From Octopus vulgaris (Eukaryota), in assembly GCA_951406725.2 (NCBI GenBank), contig OX597817.1, positions 42,656,001 to 42,720,000 of the forward strand: 64,000 nt of DNA. The letters run 5' to 3'. Shown piece by piece: positions 43,026 through 61,535 of this stretch (position 1 is the first letter of the stretch; each line of letters starts with the position of its first letter). The notes under the pieces were generated by a model. The model saw only the letters and a program-made list of their open reading frames with translations. It had not been told where the DNA came from and did not search any database. A program made the translations under genes and the position numbers.

Positions 43026-46000
43026 CAGGCTCAGGCTCGCAGATGGAACTGCCCACGGTTCACAAGACCGCCACAGCAGATGGACCCAGGGTGGACACCG
43101 CCGGCAACAGCATACACCTCACCTCGATGCTCCTACTGAACATCAGAGGACTACTAACACACAGTAACAGGACAAAAGTCCCGTTCCTGAGAGACTTTGT
43201 CGCATGCAATCAAGCCTTATGCATAGCACTCACAGAAACGCATCTGAAACCGGACATAGCAGATGCGGAATTACACATACCACAGTATGTTGTACTACGG
43301 ACCGACAGGAAAGAAAGGAGTCATGGAGGAGTTGCTATGTACATCCGTGGGGACCTCACACCCCAGGTCCTTTTGTCATACTCAAACTCGGTGTGTGACA
43401 CACTAATTGTACACATAAGGCAACTTGATGTAGTTGTGTGTGCTACATATCGCCCTCCAGATGCCCCAAGTCATATGGGCAAGTTTGAGGACTGCCTTTT
43501 AAAAATAGAAGAAGTTCTAACCACATTAGAACAACACATAAGTGTACTTCTCATGGGAGACTTCAATCTACCGAATGTCAGATGGCCCGAGGGCCTTTCT
43601 CTCCCAGGAATGACAAGATGTGAACGAGGACAGGCGAGGTCCCTCCTGAACCTCACCAACACCCTGTACATGGAGCAAGTAATACTCCAACCAACCAGAG
43701 CAGGTAACACACTGGATCTCTGCTTCACAAATAATATGGATCTCATCCATAATGTGAAAGTGACACCGACACTACCCTCGGATCACAACATGGTAGAGCT
43801 GACCATGTACGGGCCAAAAGAGAGCACGGACATGCAGCCTACAAGAAACCCTCAGAATCTTTCCAGCTTGAACTTCAATAAGGCAAACTGGAAACAAATT
43901 GAGAAAGAGATCCTCAAACAAAACTGGCCTGAATATCTCTCCTCGCCGGACATCGACATGATACTTCAACAATTCATGTCTGTAATGCAAGCCATATGCT
44001 ACAAATGTGTCCCAGAGAGAAAGGCCACTGTACACAAGAACAAAATCCCCAGAGAGAGGAAAATTTTAATGAGACGGCGTACAAAAATTTCAAATCGCCT
44101 AAACAAACAAATTGAAAGCAGTGAAAAGTCCCGCCTGAAAATAAAACTGTTGGAAATTGAAAATTGTCTGCAACTCTCCCATGAGAAGGAAAGAGCAGAC
44201 AAAGAAACCTGGGCTATAGACAACATAAAAACTAACCCCAGAGCTTTCTACAGGTATGCCAAAGAAACAGCTACGGTGCACTGTAGGATAGGGCCACTCC
44301 TTGAAAAGGATGGCACACTCACAGGGAAACCAATGAGGGTAAGTGAAATACTGAATGAACAATTCAAGAGTGTTTTCACTCCACCCCTTGGGCATTTCCA
44401 AATCAGCAATCCAACTGACTTCTTTACCACTGCAGATATAGAATCAGAGGCGGTGACGATAAATTACATCGATATAAAGGAAGACGATGTAATAAAGGCT
44501 ATAGATGAAATGAAAATAGACTCAGCTATTGGCCCCGATGGATTCCCGGCAATCCTCCTAAAAGTATGTAAGAGAGTCTTAGCAAGACCACTGCAGTTCC
44601 TCTTTCAGAGCTTCCTTGCAGCTGGCAAACTTCCAAGAAAACTGAAGGAAGGTAAAATATGCCCTATTCATAAAGGAGGTAGCAGAGCGGAGGCCAAGAA
44701 CTACAGACCTATCTCTCTGACCTCACACATCAGCAAGGTCATGGAACGAATAGTCAGAAGGAAACTAATCACCTTCCTTGAAGAAAATGACTTGCTGCCT
44801 GACACCCAACATGGTTTCCGACCAGGAAGAAGCTGCTTAACTCAGCTCCTGCAGCACTATGACTGGGTGCTGAAACAACTGCTCAACCACTCAAATGTGG
44901 AAGTCATATATCTCGACTTCGCAAAGGCCTTCGATAAAGTCGATCATGGAATGTTATGTCACAAACTGCGTGACCTTGGCATAGTTGGAAAACTAGGAGA
45001 ATGGCTTCACGACTTTCTGAAGAATAGAAGTCAGGTGGTAGTAGCCAATGGGGCCACTTCCATTAGCACGCAAATAGTGAGCGGTGTTCCACAGGGCACT
45101 GTTTTGGGACCACTACTGTTCATAATGGCCCTCTCAGACATGCCCTCAGCCACGCGGAGAGCCACGATCACAAGTTATGCAGATGATACAAAAGTTTCAC
45201 AGGCAATACAGAACCCTGAAGACACTAAGCACCTGCAATATGAGCTGGACGAAATATACAAGTGGGCTGAAAAGAATAGCATGCAGTTCAATGCTGAAAA
45301 GTTTCAAGCTTTATACTATCAGCATGCAAAACTGAATCCAATACCCAAGGAATACACTGGACCCGGAGGGATTGCAATCCCAGAGGCACAATCAGTGCGT
45401 GACCTGGGTATTCACATGAGTGATGACGCGACCTTTCATGTACATGTAGCTAAACTGACAATGAATTGCAGATGGCTGGCTGGATGGATTCTTAGAACCT
45501 TTAGAACAAGAGAACAGGAAACCATGATGGTCCTCTGGAAGACACTTGTCCTAAGCCACTTTGACTATTGCTCTCGGCTATGGTCACCATCCAGTGTCAA
45601 GTTGATCACAGAACTTGAGGCGATCCAACGAAGCTACACGAAGAAGATAGCCTCTATGCAGAATGTAAGCTACTGGGAAAGACTCAAGAGATTAAAATTA
45701 TATTCCCTGGAGCGTAGGCGGGAAAGATATGCCATAATATACATCTGGAAGATCCTGGAGGGAAGTGTCCTGAACTTTGGCATCGAGAGTTACGCAAATG
45801 CCAAAACTGGGCGCTACTGCGTGGTGCCTAGGACTCCAAACTTGCCATCAAGATGTAGGACAAGATTCTGTGATAGCCTGGGCTTCCGAGGCCCACAGCT
45901 CTTCAATATCCTCCCGAAGAACCTGAGAGACCTGCATGGGGTGGATACAGATGTCTTTAAAATGGAGCTGGATCTCTTCCTGTCAGGTGTCCCAGATGAA

Positions 46001-46170
46001 CCAACTTCACGGCAGGAGGGGCAGATGAGGGCAGCTGCATCGAACACTCTCATGCACCAAATAGCAGTTGCTAGAAAGCCTCCATGAAGTGAAACCAAGT
46101 AGCAACACCAAATGGCGGTGCCCCAGCATGGCCACAGCTCATAAGCTGAAACTAGAATCAATCAATCAAT

Positions 46171-46173
<3 letters not shown>
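43026..46173 (+). mobile_element. CR1-group LINE family A, truncated within the end of ORF1, with intact ORF2
   Basis: Highly similar to 28190-31345; (ATCA)n tail; TA on both flanks. Confidence 0.95.
43043..46087 (+). CDS. Family A ORF2, uninterrupted APE + RT (~1014 aa from the first in-element ATG)
   Basis: Open frame through all APE and RT motifs; the upstream YIYI part of the 1288-aa track ORF is microsatellite read-through; exact start uncertain. Confidence 0.9.
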   Translation: MELPTVHKTATADGPRVDTAGNSIHLTSMLLLNIRGLLTHSNRTKVPFLRDFVACNQALCIALTETHLKPDIADAELHIPQYVVLRTDRKERSHGGVAMYIRGDLTPQVLLSYSNSVCDTLIVHIRQLDVVVCATYRPPDAPSHMGKFEDCLLKIEEVLTTLEQHISVLLMGDFNLPNVRWPEGLSLPGMTRCERGQARSLLNLTNTLYMEQVILQPTRAGNTLDLCFTNNMDLIHNVKVTPTLPSDHNMVELTMYGPKESTDMQPTRNPQNLSSLNFNKANWKQIEKEILKQNWPEYLSSPDIDMILQQFMSVMQAICYKCVPERKATVHKNKIPRERKILMRRRTKISNRLNKQIESSEKSRLKIKLLEIENCLQLSHEKERADKETWAIDNIKTNPRAFYRYAKETATVHCRIGPLLEKDGTLTGKPMRVSEILNEQFKSVFTPPLGHFQISNPTDFFTTADIESEAVTINYIDIKEDDVIKAIDEMKIDSAIGPDGFPAILLKVCKRVLARPLQFLFQSFLAAGKLPRKLKEGKICPIHKGGSRAEAKNYRPISLTSHISKVMERIVRRKLITFLEENDLLPDTQHGFRPGRSCLTQLLQHYDWVLKQLLNHSNVEVIYLDFAKAFDKVDHGMLCHKLRDLGIVGKLGEWLHDFLKNRSQVVVANGATSISTQIVSGVPQGTVLGPLLFIMALSDMPSATRRATITSYADDTKVSQAIQNPEDTKHLQYELDEIYKWAEKNSMQFNAEKFQALYYQHAKLNPIPKEYTGPGGIAIPEAQSVRDLGIHMSDDATFHVHVAKLTMNCRWLAGWILRTFRTREQETMMVLWKTLVLSHFDYCSRLWSPSSVKLITELEAIQRSYTKKIASMQNVSYWERLKRLKLYSLERRRERYAIIYIWKILEGSVLNFGIESYANAKTGRYCVVPRTPNLPSRCRTRFCDSLGFRGPQLFNILPKNLRDLHGVDTDVFKMELDLFLSGVPDEPTSRQEGQMRAAASNTLMHQIAVARKPP

Positions 46174-46233
<60 letters not shown>

Positions 46234-46244
46234 CATATATATAT

Positions 46245-49200
46245 AACGGGAAGCTTTATGAAAATAGACAAAAGACGAAGGCAGGTGGAAAACAAACGAA
46301 CAATTGTATTAGTATGGCGCTCAGGAAATATAAATAAAACAAGTCTTTAACGTTTCGAGCCTACGCTCTTCAACAGAAAGATACACAGAGAGAAAAAAAC
46401 GCAGAAAGAAGGAGAGAAAAAAATGCGTGCAGTAGCTAACGAATCAACATGGCGATCTGATTTCGGCCAGAGGTCAAAGATCAACATGAGACGCGAGAGC
46501 GAAATAAGGGGAGATAATAGGGTTGATAATATGGTTGAAGGACCAGCTAATAGTGCGTAGGAGGGGTCTGGACGTGTGTATGTATAGGGTTGGTGTATGT
46601 ATTAGTATGTATAAGGGTGTGTGTGTGTGTGTGTATGAGAGAGTATTAGTGCGTAGGATTGGTGTGGACGTGCGTATGTATGGAGTTGGTGTATGTATTA
46701 GTATGTATTAGTATGTATTAGTACGTATTAGTATGTATAAGTGTGTGTGTGTGTGTGTATGAGAGAGTATAAGTGCGTATGAAGGGTCTGGACGTGTGTA
46801 TGTATAGGGTTGGTGTATGTATTAGTATGTATTAGTACGTATTAGTATGTATTAGTTGGTGTATGTATTAGTATGGCACATCATATATGATGTGATGTGT
46901 GAAGTCGTGTGGTGTAGTGAGGAGAAGGGGGGGGAGGAGAGGAGGAAGAGGAGAGGAGGGGGGAGAGAGAGGAGGGGAGAAGGAAGGGAGGAGGGGGGAG
47001 GAAAGAGGGAGAGGGGGAGGGAGGGAGCAGAGGGAAGGGGAAGAGGGAGGGAGAAAGAGGGAAGAAGGGAAGGGGAGTAGGGGTGAAAGGATGAAGGACT
47101 GAAGAAGTAGGGGTCGGGGGGAAAGGATAGGTGAGGAGGGGGGAAAGGGGGTTAGATGAGGAGGGGGGAGAGTTGAGACCAAATGGCGTATAAGAGCGAA
47201 GAGAGAAGATTAATTCCTGTTCACGGCGCAAACGGGAATCCGGATGGCCTCTGTGTAAGGACAAACCGAACACAGATAGGTGTTGCAAGGAGTGACCGGT
47301 GGAGCGGAAATGGCGTGAGACCGGTGTGTCGTTCGCAAGGTGGATGTCACGAAGGTGTTCCGCGAACCGGTCAGCCAAGCGGCGTCCCGTTTGTCCGTTG
47401 TACAAGGAATTGCAGAGAGAGCAAGAGATGCAAAAGATAATATTGCTGGAGGTGCAGGTGAAGGAGTGGATGATGGGATAGGGTCGATGGTGGGTGCTAG
47501 TGAGGCGGGTGGTGTTGGAGAGGTAAGGGCAAGTGCGGCAACGTGGGCGGGAGCAGGGGAACGAGCCGGGTTGGGAGGTAGGGTCAGGGAAGGAGCTATG
47601 GACCAAAAGGTCTCGAAGGTTGTGGGCTCGTTTGAAAGAGGGGAGGGGTCGGTTAGGGAAGAGGTGTGAAGTGGACGGGTCGGACTGGAGATGACGGAAA
47701 GCTCGAAGAATGGTGCGTTGGAGACGTAGGGTCGTGGGGTGGTAAGTGAGGGGAAAAGGAGGCGGGAGACTACAGGGCGGGTTCGGGGAGAGAGAGCAGA
47801 TACACGGTCCACGGACCGTGCTCTGGCAAGGGCGGTGTGGATAGTGGTGAGGGGGTATCCACGTAGGGTGAAGTGGTGAGCCATACGTTGAGACTGAGTC
47901 TCAAAGTCATGGTCGTCACTACAGAGCCTACGTAGACGGAGGAATTGGGAATAGGGGATGGAAAGCTTGGTGTGTTCTGGGTGGGAGGAAGAGAAGTTGA
48001 GGTATGAGTGTGAGTCTGTGTGTTTGTAGTGAATGGAGGTGGTAAGAGTGGAGTGAAGAATGCTAACCGAAATGTCGAGGAAGGAGACAGAGGTGTTGGA
48101 GATAGTGGAAGTGAAGTGGAGGGCTGGATGGAAAGATTGGACGAAAGAGAGGAAGGAATCTAGATGTTCGCGGGAGAGTGAGGTGGCACCGATAATGTCG
48201 TCGATGTAACGACCATATAGTTCAGGAGTGGGACCAGTGAAATTAGAGAATATTTGGGCCTCAACATAGCCAACGAACAGGTTCGCATAGTTGGGGCCCA
48301 TTCGCGTTCCCATGGCCACTCCCGAGACCTGATGGTAGAACTCGCCCGCGAACGAGAAGCAGTTCAGAGTAAGGACAAGTTCGGCCAGACGAATGAGTGT
48401 GGAGGTGTCAGGTACAGGGTTAGAGCGGAGGTCAAGAAAGTGTCGAAGGGCCTGCAGTCCTTCGTGGTGAGGGATAACAGTATAGAGGCTTTGGATGTCC
48501 ATAGTAAAAAGGATTTTGGAGGAGCCAGGTGGAAAGGAGAAAGAGTTGAAAAGCCGGAGAGCATGGTTGGTGTCGTGGATGTGGGAGGGAAGAGATGCCA
48601 CTAGGGGGGCAAGGACACGGTCGAGGTATTTAGAGATGAGCTCCGTGGGGCAGTTACAGGCGGAGACGATGGGGCGGCCAGGGTTGTTGGGTTTGTGGAT
48701 TTTGGGGAGGAAGTAAATGGTGGGGGTACGTGGGGTTCGCACAATTAGGTTGGATGCGGTGCGGGGGAGACGGGAGGACGAGATGAGGTCGTGGACAGTA
48801 GAGGATACCGTCTGTTGGTAGCTACGTGTGGGGTTAGAGGGCAGAGGGGAATAGAAGGAGGTGTCATTGAGTTGGCGGAAAGCCTCGGCCCTATAGAGGT
48901 CCGCGCGCCACACCACTACAGCTCCACCCTTGTCAGCCGGTTTGATGATAATGTCAGCGCGCCGTTGGAGGGAACGGAAGAGCCAAGAGCTCAGCCGGGG
49001 AGATGTTGAGGTGGCGTTGGCGCCTGGAGAAGTTGAACCGCTCCAATGCACGCTGACAAGCGCCCGCGAAAAGATCCACTGCTAGGATGTGGCCAGGGGC
49101 AGGCGTCCGCGGGGATGGTCGGCGGCCCAGGCCAATGAAGCAATCCTCTTCGTTGGGTGTGGGTGGCGAGTCGTGGTAATGCGCACCCAACTGGACACGG

Positions 49201-49318
49201 CGCACAAAGCTGTAGACATCAACTCGCGTCTGGAAATCCTTACAGGATGGAGTGAGGGGGATGAAACGCAGACCCCTACCAAGGACGGAGCGTTCAGCCG
49301 CAGAGAGGGGAAGATCGG

Positions 49319-49322
<4 letters not shown>
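46245..49322 (-). mobile_element. Penelope-like element (Neptune-type: RT + Cys-rich linker + GIY-YIG), near full ORF
   Basis: [94 protein letters not shown]; 1-nt frameshifts near 48978 and 47760. Confidence 0.93.
46344..46381 (-). ncRNA. Minimal hammerhead ribozyme variant (identical to 22954-22991)
   Basis: Exact reverse complement of the 22954-22991 motif, in the 3' terminal region of the Penelope element. Confidence 0.6.
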
Positions 49323-49377
<55 letters not shown>

Positions 49378-49690
49378 CATATATATATACATATATATAT
49401 ATACATATATATATATACATATATATATACATATACATATATATATATATACATATACATATATATATATATACATATACATATATATACATATACATAT
49501 ATACATATATATATATATACATATATACATATATATATATATACATATATACATATATATATATACATATATACATATATATATACATATATATATATAC
49601 ACACACATATATATATATATATATATACATATATACATATATATATATACATATATATATATACATATATATATATACATATATATATAC

Positions 49691-49883
<193 letters not shown>

Positions 49884-50002
49884 TATATACATATATATAT
49901 ATATACATATATATATATACATATATATATATACACATATATATATACACATATATATATACATATATATATATACATATATATATATACATATATACAT
50001 AT

Positions 50003-50086
<84 letters not shown>

Positions 50087-50101
50087 CATATATATATATA
50101 C

Positions 50102-50172
<71 letters not shown>

Positions 50173-50197
50173 TACATACATACATATATATATATAC

Positions 50198-50228
<31 letters not shown>

Positions 50229-50281
50229 CATATATACATATATACATATACATATATATATACATATATACATATATATAC

Positions 50282-50334
<53 letters not shown>

Positions 50335-50383
50335 CATATATATATATATACATATATATATATACATATATACATATATATAC

Positions 50384-50429
<46 letters not shown>

Positions 50430-50435
50430 CATATA

Positions 50436-50980
<545 letters not shown>

Positions 50981-50981
50981 A

Positions 50982-51016
<35 letters not shown>

Positions 51017-51172
51017 CTTGGTGATTTGGAGATGCCCAAGGGGTGGAGTGAAAACACTCTTGAATTGCTCATTCAGTATTTCACTTACCCTCATTGGTTT
51101 TCCTGTAAGTGTGCCATCCTTTTCAAGGAGTGGCCCTATTCTACAGTGCACTGTAGCTGTTTCTTTGGCATA

Positions 51173-51175
<3 letters not shown>
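51017..51175 (-). mobile_element. Internal family A fragment fused to an RTE 3' UTR
   Basis: Reverse complement of ~29416-29574; joins 51173-51790 at ACCTG microhomology. Confidence 0.8.
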
Positions 51176-53147
<1,972 letters not shown>

Positions 53148-53155
53148 ATGTATAC

Positions 53156-53206
<51 letters not shown>

Positions 53207-53267
53207 CATATATATATACATACATATATATATACATACATATATATATACATATATATATATATAC

Positions 53268-53401
<134 letters not shown>

Positions 53402-53405
53402 ACAT

Positions 53406-55481
<2,076 letters not shown>

Positions 55482-55581
55482 NNNNNNNNNNNNNNNNNNN
55501 NNNNNNNNNNNNNNNNNNNNNNNNNNNNNNNNNNNNNNNNNNNNNNNNNNNNNNNNNNNNNNNNNNNNNNNNNNNNNNNNN
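55482..55581. other. Assembly gap (100 N)
   Basis: Run of 100 N. Confidence 1.
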
Positions 55582-58007
55582 ACAATACTTATCCTCGACT
55601 CTGGTCGAACATTTGTGAGCCAATTTTATTTTCCATTGTTTTCCTTTATTTGCCTTGATATTGTTGTTATGAAGTTTTGTGGAGAAACGATGAAATTTGC
55701 TCAAATATTCTAGAGGTGAATGCTCTTGATTGAAAATGATTGCAAATGCAAATATAAATATTTCTCCCTTCTTACTGTTTAATACATTCTAAGCTTTTTA
55801 TTTTACTTTCTCTCTCTTGCTCTCGCTTTCTCCCTCTCGTGCACCTTCCTTCTTCAATATTTCTAGGCAATATTTAAACTAGTAAATGGGATTGTCTGAG
55901 AGAAGAATGTGGTGCAAGCAAAGCATAAGCAATATTTTGTCGGAGAGCAGGTAAACGTTTGAGCCACATACAATTTATATCTTTGTTTAATCAGCTGCAT
56001 TAGAAGGACAGATCGAGTATCTAGTTTCACTACTCTCGTTCTACATAATAGGACAGGTCAATATCGCATTTTGATAATTGAAAGATAGTGTGACGGTCAA
56101 GTAAATTGACATTTTTGAGTCCATTCCAATTATGTACGTGTTAAATTAGAACAATCAGATAAATGTAGATGAAACGTAATGAAACTATTAGCACAATTGG
56201 ATTCTTTTTGTTGATTATCAACATTGATAAACATTTTTGAGGAGTAATTTTTCATAAAAAAATAACAGGCATGATAATTTTTATCTAAAGCCTACACGAC
56301 TCTGGTTTATACGCTGCATTCATTCCGCCTAACTTCCAAAATTCCTGCAATTTAATTTCCTCACATACAGTCTGAATTTGATAACTAAAGGTCCTATTTC
56401 AAAATTTAAAATTAATTGAACTTCAAAATAACATATTGTTATGATTGCATACAAAGGTCCTATAATCTGCAATTCACACTTAAATATAAATAAAAAATAT
56501 ATGTTAAAATATAATTATTTTTATACATCCTTTTTTTTGATAAATTAGACATGTTCTATTATATTTACTTTCCTTTGGATGGTTTAAAAAAAATACAAAA
56601 CACTGAGTACTCCGATGTACAATCTCTCTATATATTTTTCCTTCCTTTTTTCAGCGGTCACGATAAATTCTATAAATTCAGTGCAATAATAGATATATGT
56701 TTAGCCTTATTAACATCAACATAAGCACTGGAAGCTGTATGGTAACAAAAAATGATTATTTATTTTTAGTGCATAAGAAGAATGTAAAGGGTGAAAATTA
56801 TTGAAAATAAAAAACCCAAAGTGATCCAATCGATCTCAGAAGTTTATAAATGGTTGTTTCAGCTTTATTTTAATGTCATGTGTTTGGTTTGTGTGTGCAA
56901 CATACATATGAGCACTGGAAGCTGGTAAGTCACAATATGTCTCATATTTTTAGCAAGGTACTGTACACAGAGATACACGTATGAAGCATAGCAGAATGTT
57001 TAAGAAAGTTTGCAACAGTGAGGTTGAGCGCATGGGTACAACAGTGTACTTTGCCACAGTCTCCACTCGATATGGAGCTTTGGTTTTGTAATTATAAAAA
57101 CAGTTGGGATTGAAAGCGATCCTGATGTCTAAATGAAAGGCTTTGCACTTACAGTCGATCACCGCATGCGGCCGTGTACTTTGCCACAGTCTCCACGAAA
57201 ATTGATTTATAAAAACTGTGGAAGTAAGTTTTGGACTTGGCGGTGCGTTTTTGAGCAAAATTCTTTCAGGCGGCGTATATGTACTTATCTGTTACTTACT
57301 TCATCATGTAGACTGGATTTCGATTTCTGGACTTGGCAGATTTCTTCTTTTTGAAGCAAAACCCCACTTCACGTTGCCTATGTTCTTTGTAGAAATGAGA
57401 CGAGTGGAGATGTGTCGAGGGTTGGGTTCGATCCCTAGACCCCAGATATGTTGCTTGCTGCAGCGCTCAACGAATCCAAAGGAAACTTTAGCCTGAATTT
57501 TTGCTTCTTTCTCTCACCCATTAATACTTACTGCATTACTATCAGAAGTAGAAATCTGAATAATAGTTACTATCAGAAGGATACAGAAAACTTGTTCTAT
57601 TTCTATTTTACTCGAACAACCTAAGTTGATCGAACAACCAACTAGTCATTATCAAAGCTGAAATAGAGATCACAAATCTTTATTTAGTAATAATTATAAC
57701 ACCTTCACTGATATGCAGTATCAACTACTCTGGAGCCCTACTCTAATGAAATACACAACATATCTAGATTAGACTCATCCATGGTACAGTGATCTAGAAA
57801 AAGAAAATTTCATGGTCACGGCTGGAATGCTATTGGCCATTATTCTAATTAGTTGAAGTTACACAACAATTACAGCAATAACAGCGACATTAAATATAGT
57901 ATTCAATACTAGTTGACAATTCTACTCTTCGTTTATGAAAGTACTAATTGAATGGTTCTCTATATTTCATAAAAAATTCTGTACGCACATAAATTATTAT
58001 CTATTAT

Positions 58008-58277
58008 AGGCACTGGAGTGGCTGTGTGGTAAACAGCTTGCTTGCCAACCACATGGTTCTTTCAGTTCATCTACCACTGCGTGGCACCTTTGGGGAGGTG
58101 TCTTCTACTATAGCCTCAGGCCGACCAAAGCCATGTGAGTGGATTTGGTAGACGGCAAACTGAAAGAAGCCCGTCGTATATGTGTATATATATGTATGTG
58201 TGTAAATATGTTTGTGTGTCCAACTAAAATGCGGTTCAGCATGGCCACAGTCAAATGACTGAAACAAGTAAAAGAGT
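58008..58277 (+). mobile_element. SINE copy (family of 8321-8716), internally deleted
   Basis: GGAGTGGCTGTGTGGTAA head and CAGCATGGCCACAGTCAAATGACTGAAACAAGTAAAAGAG tail. Confidence 0.75.
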
Positions 58278-59025
58278 ATTTGTCAAATAACTTGCTTGAT
58301 GATTTCTATAAATAACGCCTCTACTCTTGTCAGATTCATTGGTCCGGGTGGGCTTTAACTGAGGATACACGCAATAAGATCGAAACATTGTAGTGTCTCA
58401 AATTACTCTTACACCAATGAATCCAGTATGTTATAATCACAAATCGTTTAAACAAAGGTGATATTCACTACTGAAAAAAAAACAAAAAACAACAGCAAAT
58501 AGATACTCACGTTCGAATCTGACAGAAACGTAGTAAGAACGGTTAGTGAGATTGTTATTTGGATTCTCGCTGTTCTGCAAGCACCTCGTTGTTGTTATCC
58601 TTTCAGACACCAAAGATCAGCATTCATCAGCACATCATATTTTTCAGATTCTCCAATCAAATTTCTGTGAGTTTGCCTAGATTTGAAACATTTTCTTAAA
58701 CTGGTGAGCTGGACAGTATAACATTAGCACGCCGGGCGAAACAGCGGTATTTCGTCTGTCTGAGTTAAAATTCTGAAGGTGACTTTGCCCTTCTGCCTTC
58801 ATGGGTCAATAAATTCAAATATAGTTGTTACTTCGACAATCGACAACTCTCGTAATTTTGGGCCTTGTGCCTAGATAGAAAAGAATATTTTCACTGAAAG
58901 CAATACCTTCACATGAAAAGCGGAACACACAAGACTCAGCAACCATCATTACGTGTAACAAAAATAAACGAATGCGCACATACAACACATGTATCACACA
59001 TACACATTACATGCATATGTTATCC

Positions 59026-59121
<96 letters not shown>

Positions 59122-59153
59122 AAGCAACCTATCTTATCTATCTAGCTACTATG

Positions 59154-59221
<68 letters not shown>

Positions 59222-59267
59222 ATATCATATATCTATCTATCTATCTACATCTATCTATCTATCTATC
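59026..59267. repeat. (TATC)n microsatellite
   Basis: Direct tetranucleotide repeat. Confidence 0.95.
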
Positions 59268-59642
59268 ATATTGTCATTTCTATTGTATCTTGTCTGTTAT
59301 CTCAAGGTATTTCTTGTTATTTTTGGTCTGTCTGTTTGTCATACATGTCTGTTTATCTATCTGTTTCTAATTCATATGTATCTATAACTATCTAGTCTAT
59401 CTATGTTATGATATCTCTCTAAAGAGAGATTCTATCTAGTAAATTGAAATACATCTGTCTGTTTGCTGAATCTGACTTTATCAGTCTGTAATCTCTTCTC
59501 TCTGTACATACGATATATGCTCTATCAATTTATAGCACCTGAAAGGAAAATAATGTGCCTGGAACAAAAAGATAAATGGCATATGACATACCGCAGCTCG
59601 ACATCAGCAACACCAATAGCAATAGCACCAATAACAACAAAA

Positions 59643-59860
<218 letters not shown>

Positions 59861-60581
59861 GCTGCAATGCTGGTATAATTTTTAACACCGCATAAAATCT
59901 ATCAATTTCTATCGGAAAAAAAAAATGGAAAGAATCAGATGCCATAAAAACAGCAAGAAATTATACGACATGATACATCATTGCAGGTAAACAAGTAATT
60001 ACATCGTATTGTTTTGCTCAAGAACCATCACAGTATAGTAACTACAATCATTGCAGTATCATTAAGCACTCCTACAGCATTACTAGCCATACAACAGTGT
60101 ATGTAGTTTTTCAGAAAACAATTAGTTAATCTTCCCTTAAATTACGCAAAATTATATTTTAAATAATATATATATATATATGCAGTTAATCCAAACACAC
60201 ATGACTGGAGCAAATAAAGTAATATTGGACGCTTCAGGAAAGAAGGGAAGAAAGGAGGGATTTAACGTTCGAATGGGATCCCGTGGGACAGACAGAGGAA
60301 AAAAAATTACTGTATGTGTATATACATATCATACATATACATATAAATAATTGAGATGTTGTCAACCACGTCATTCCATTTCTGGATATATAAATCTCTC
60401 ATCTCCTTATCATTTTTATTACTTCTTCCTACGACAACAGGAAGTCTATAGACACATCTAAATTTAGTGGATTAGAAATATAAATAGTAAAATGTTACAA
60501 ACTTTTTTAGCCAGTATTAAGTAGACTGTGTAAAAACTAATACGGTAACCTTGATGGACTATATCCCTACCAACCTAATTT

Positions 60582-60626
<45 letters not shown>

Positions 60627-61359
60627 TAATAGACACAATACATTTTTTTTACTTCTGTTCTTGTTAGTCAGTAACATTGTTGACCCTCACATATTTTAAC
60701 GAACTATTAATTGAATCAAATATTAGACATAAAGAAGGAGCATGCTAGTGCATGCATACACAGCTGCATGCGTGCGTACATACACGCGAGTACTGTCCAA
60801 ATCTCCGATAAATCACATACAGCTAGCTGGCATTCAATTGGCGTATCAAATTTCGAGCAGTTGATGTAAAATAGCAAATTCACGTGTCAATGCGTTGGTT
60901 TTGCAAGGGGTGACTGGGGAACTGTAAAGATGTGCACGACGACCCTTGGACGGTTGTGAATGGTGCGAGCCCTCTACATGAAAAATGAATTTGTATTTAG
61001 TATTATGGATCAGACAGTATACTGGGGTCATTATAATTATTAATCTTTGCTGGGTTGTAAAATTTGCTTTATATAGCATTTTTAGAGAGTTATGCCAAAT
61101 GACATTAAAAATTGATTAAGGTAAAACACAGTACACACAAAACGCCCAATACACATAAATAACATGGTACATATAAATAAAAGCTTTATATTGATGGTAA
61201 ATTTTTTTCGGTTGAGCATCCTGCCCAAAAAGGTCGATATAAGTTATTTAAGATGTTGAAAACACCGCAAAATGTGAATTATCGAATATAAAGACCTTCA
61301 CTCTATGATGCTTTTTTTTGATAGAAACATATTGTAGAATCGAATTACCAAAAAGTGAT

Positions 61360-61535
61360 ATAAGAAATTCGTATCCATTTTTCAATTACATAGAAAACAC
61401 AATACATGATAATTTCCAAACATAACCACAAACCATTATATATTTTGTACAAAACTGTAGTTGAAGCCACGAAGTATAATACGTGTTTTAAATTACCAGT
61501 CTCTGATATTCTCATTTAAATATGAATAGGTAAAA
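61360..61535 (-). mobile_element. Degraded fragment of the piggyBac-like element at 12469-13508
   Basis: GAAATTCGTATCCATTTTT, TTGTACAAAACTGTAGTTGAA, ACGAAGTATAATACGTGTTTT and CTCTGATATTCTCATTTAAATATGAATAGGTAAA are reverse complements of pieces of 12503-12720. Confidence 0.75.

Noticed and set aside
58505-58670. Minus-strand GTGAGT donor with upstream exon-like sequence
   Set aside because: Stops or no recognisable product in the frames read; cannot be supported as an exon.
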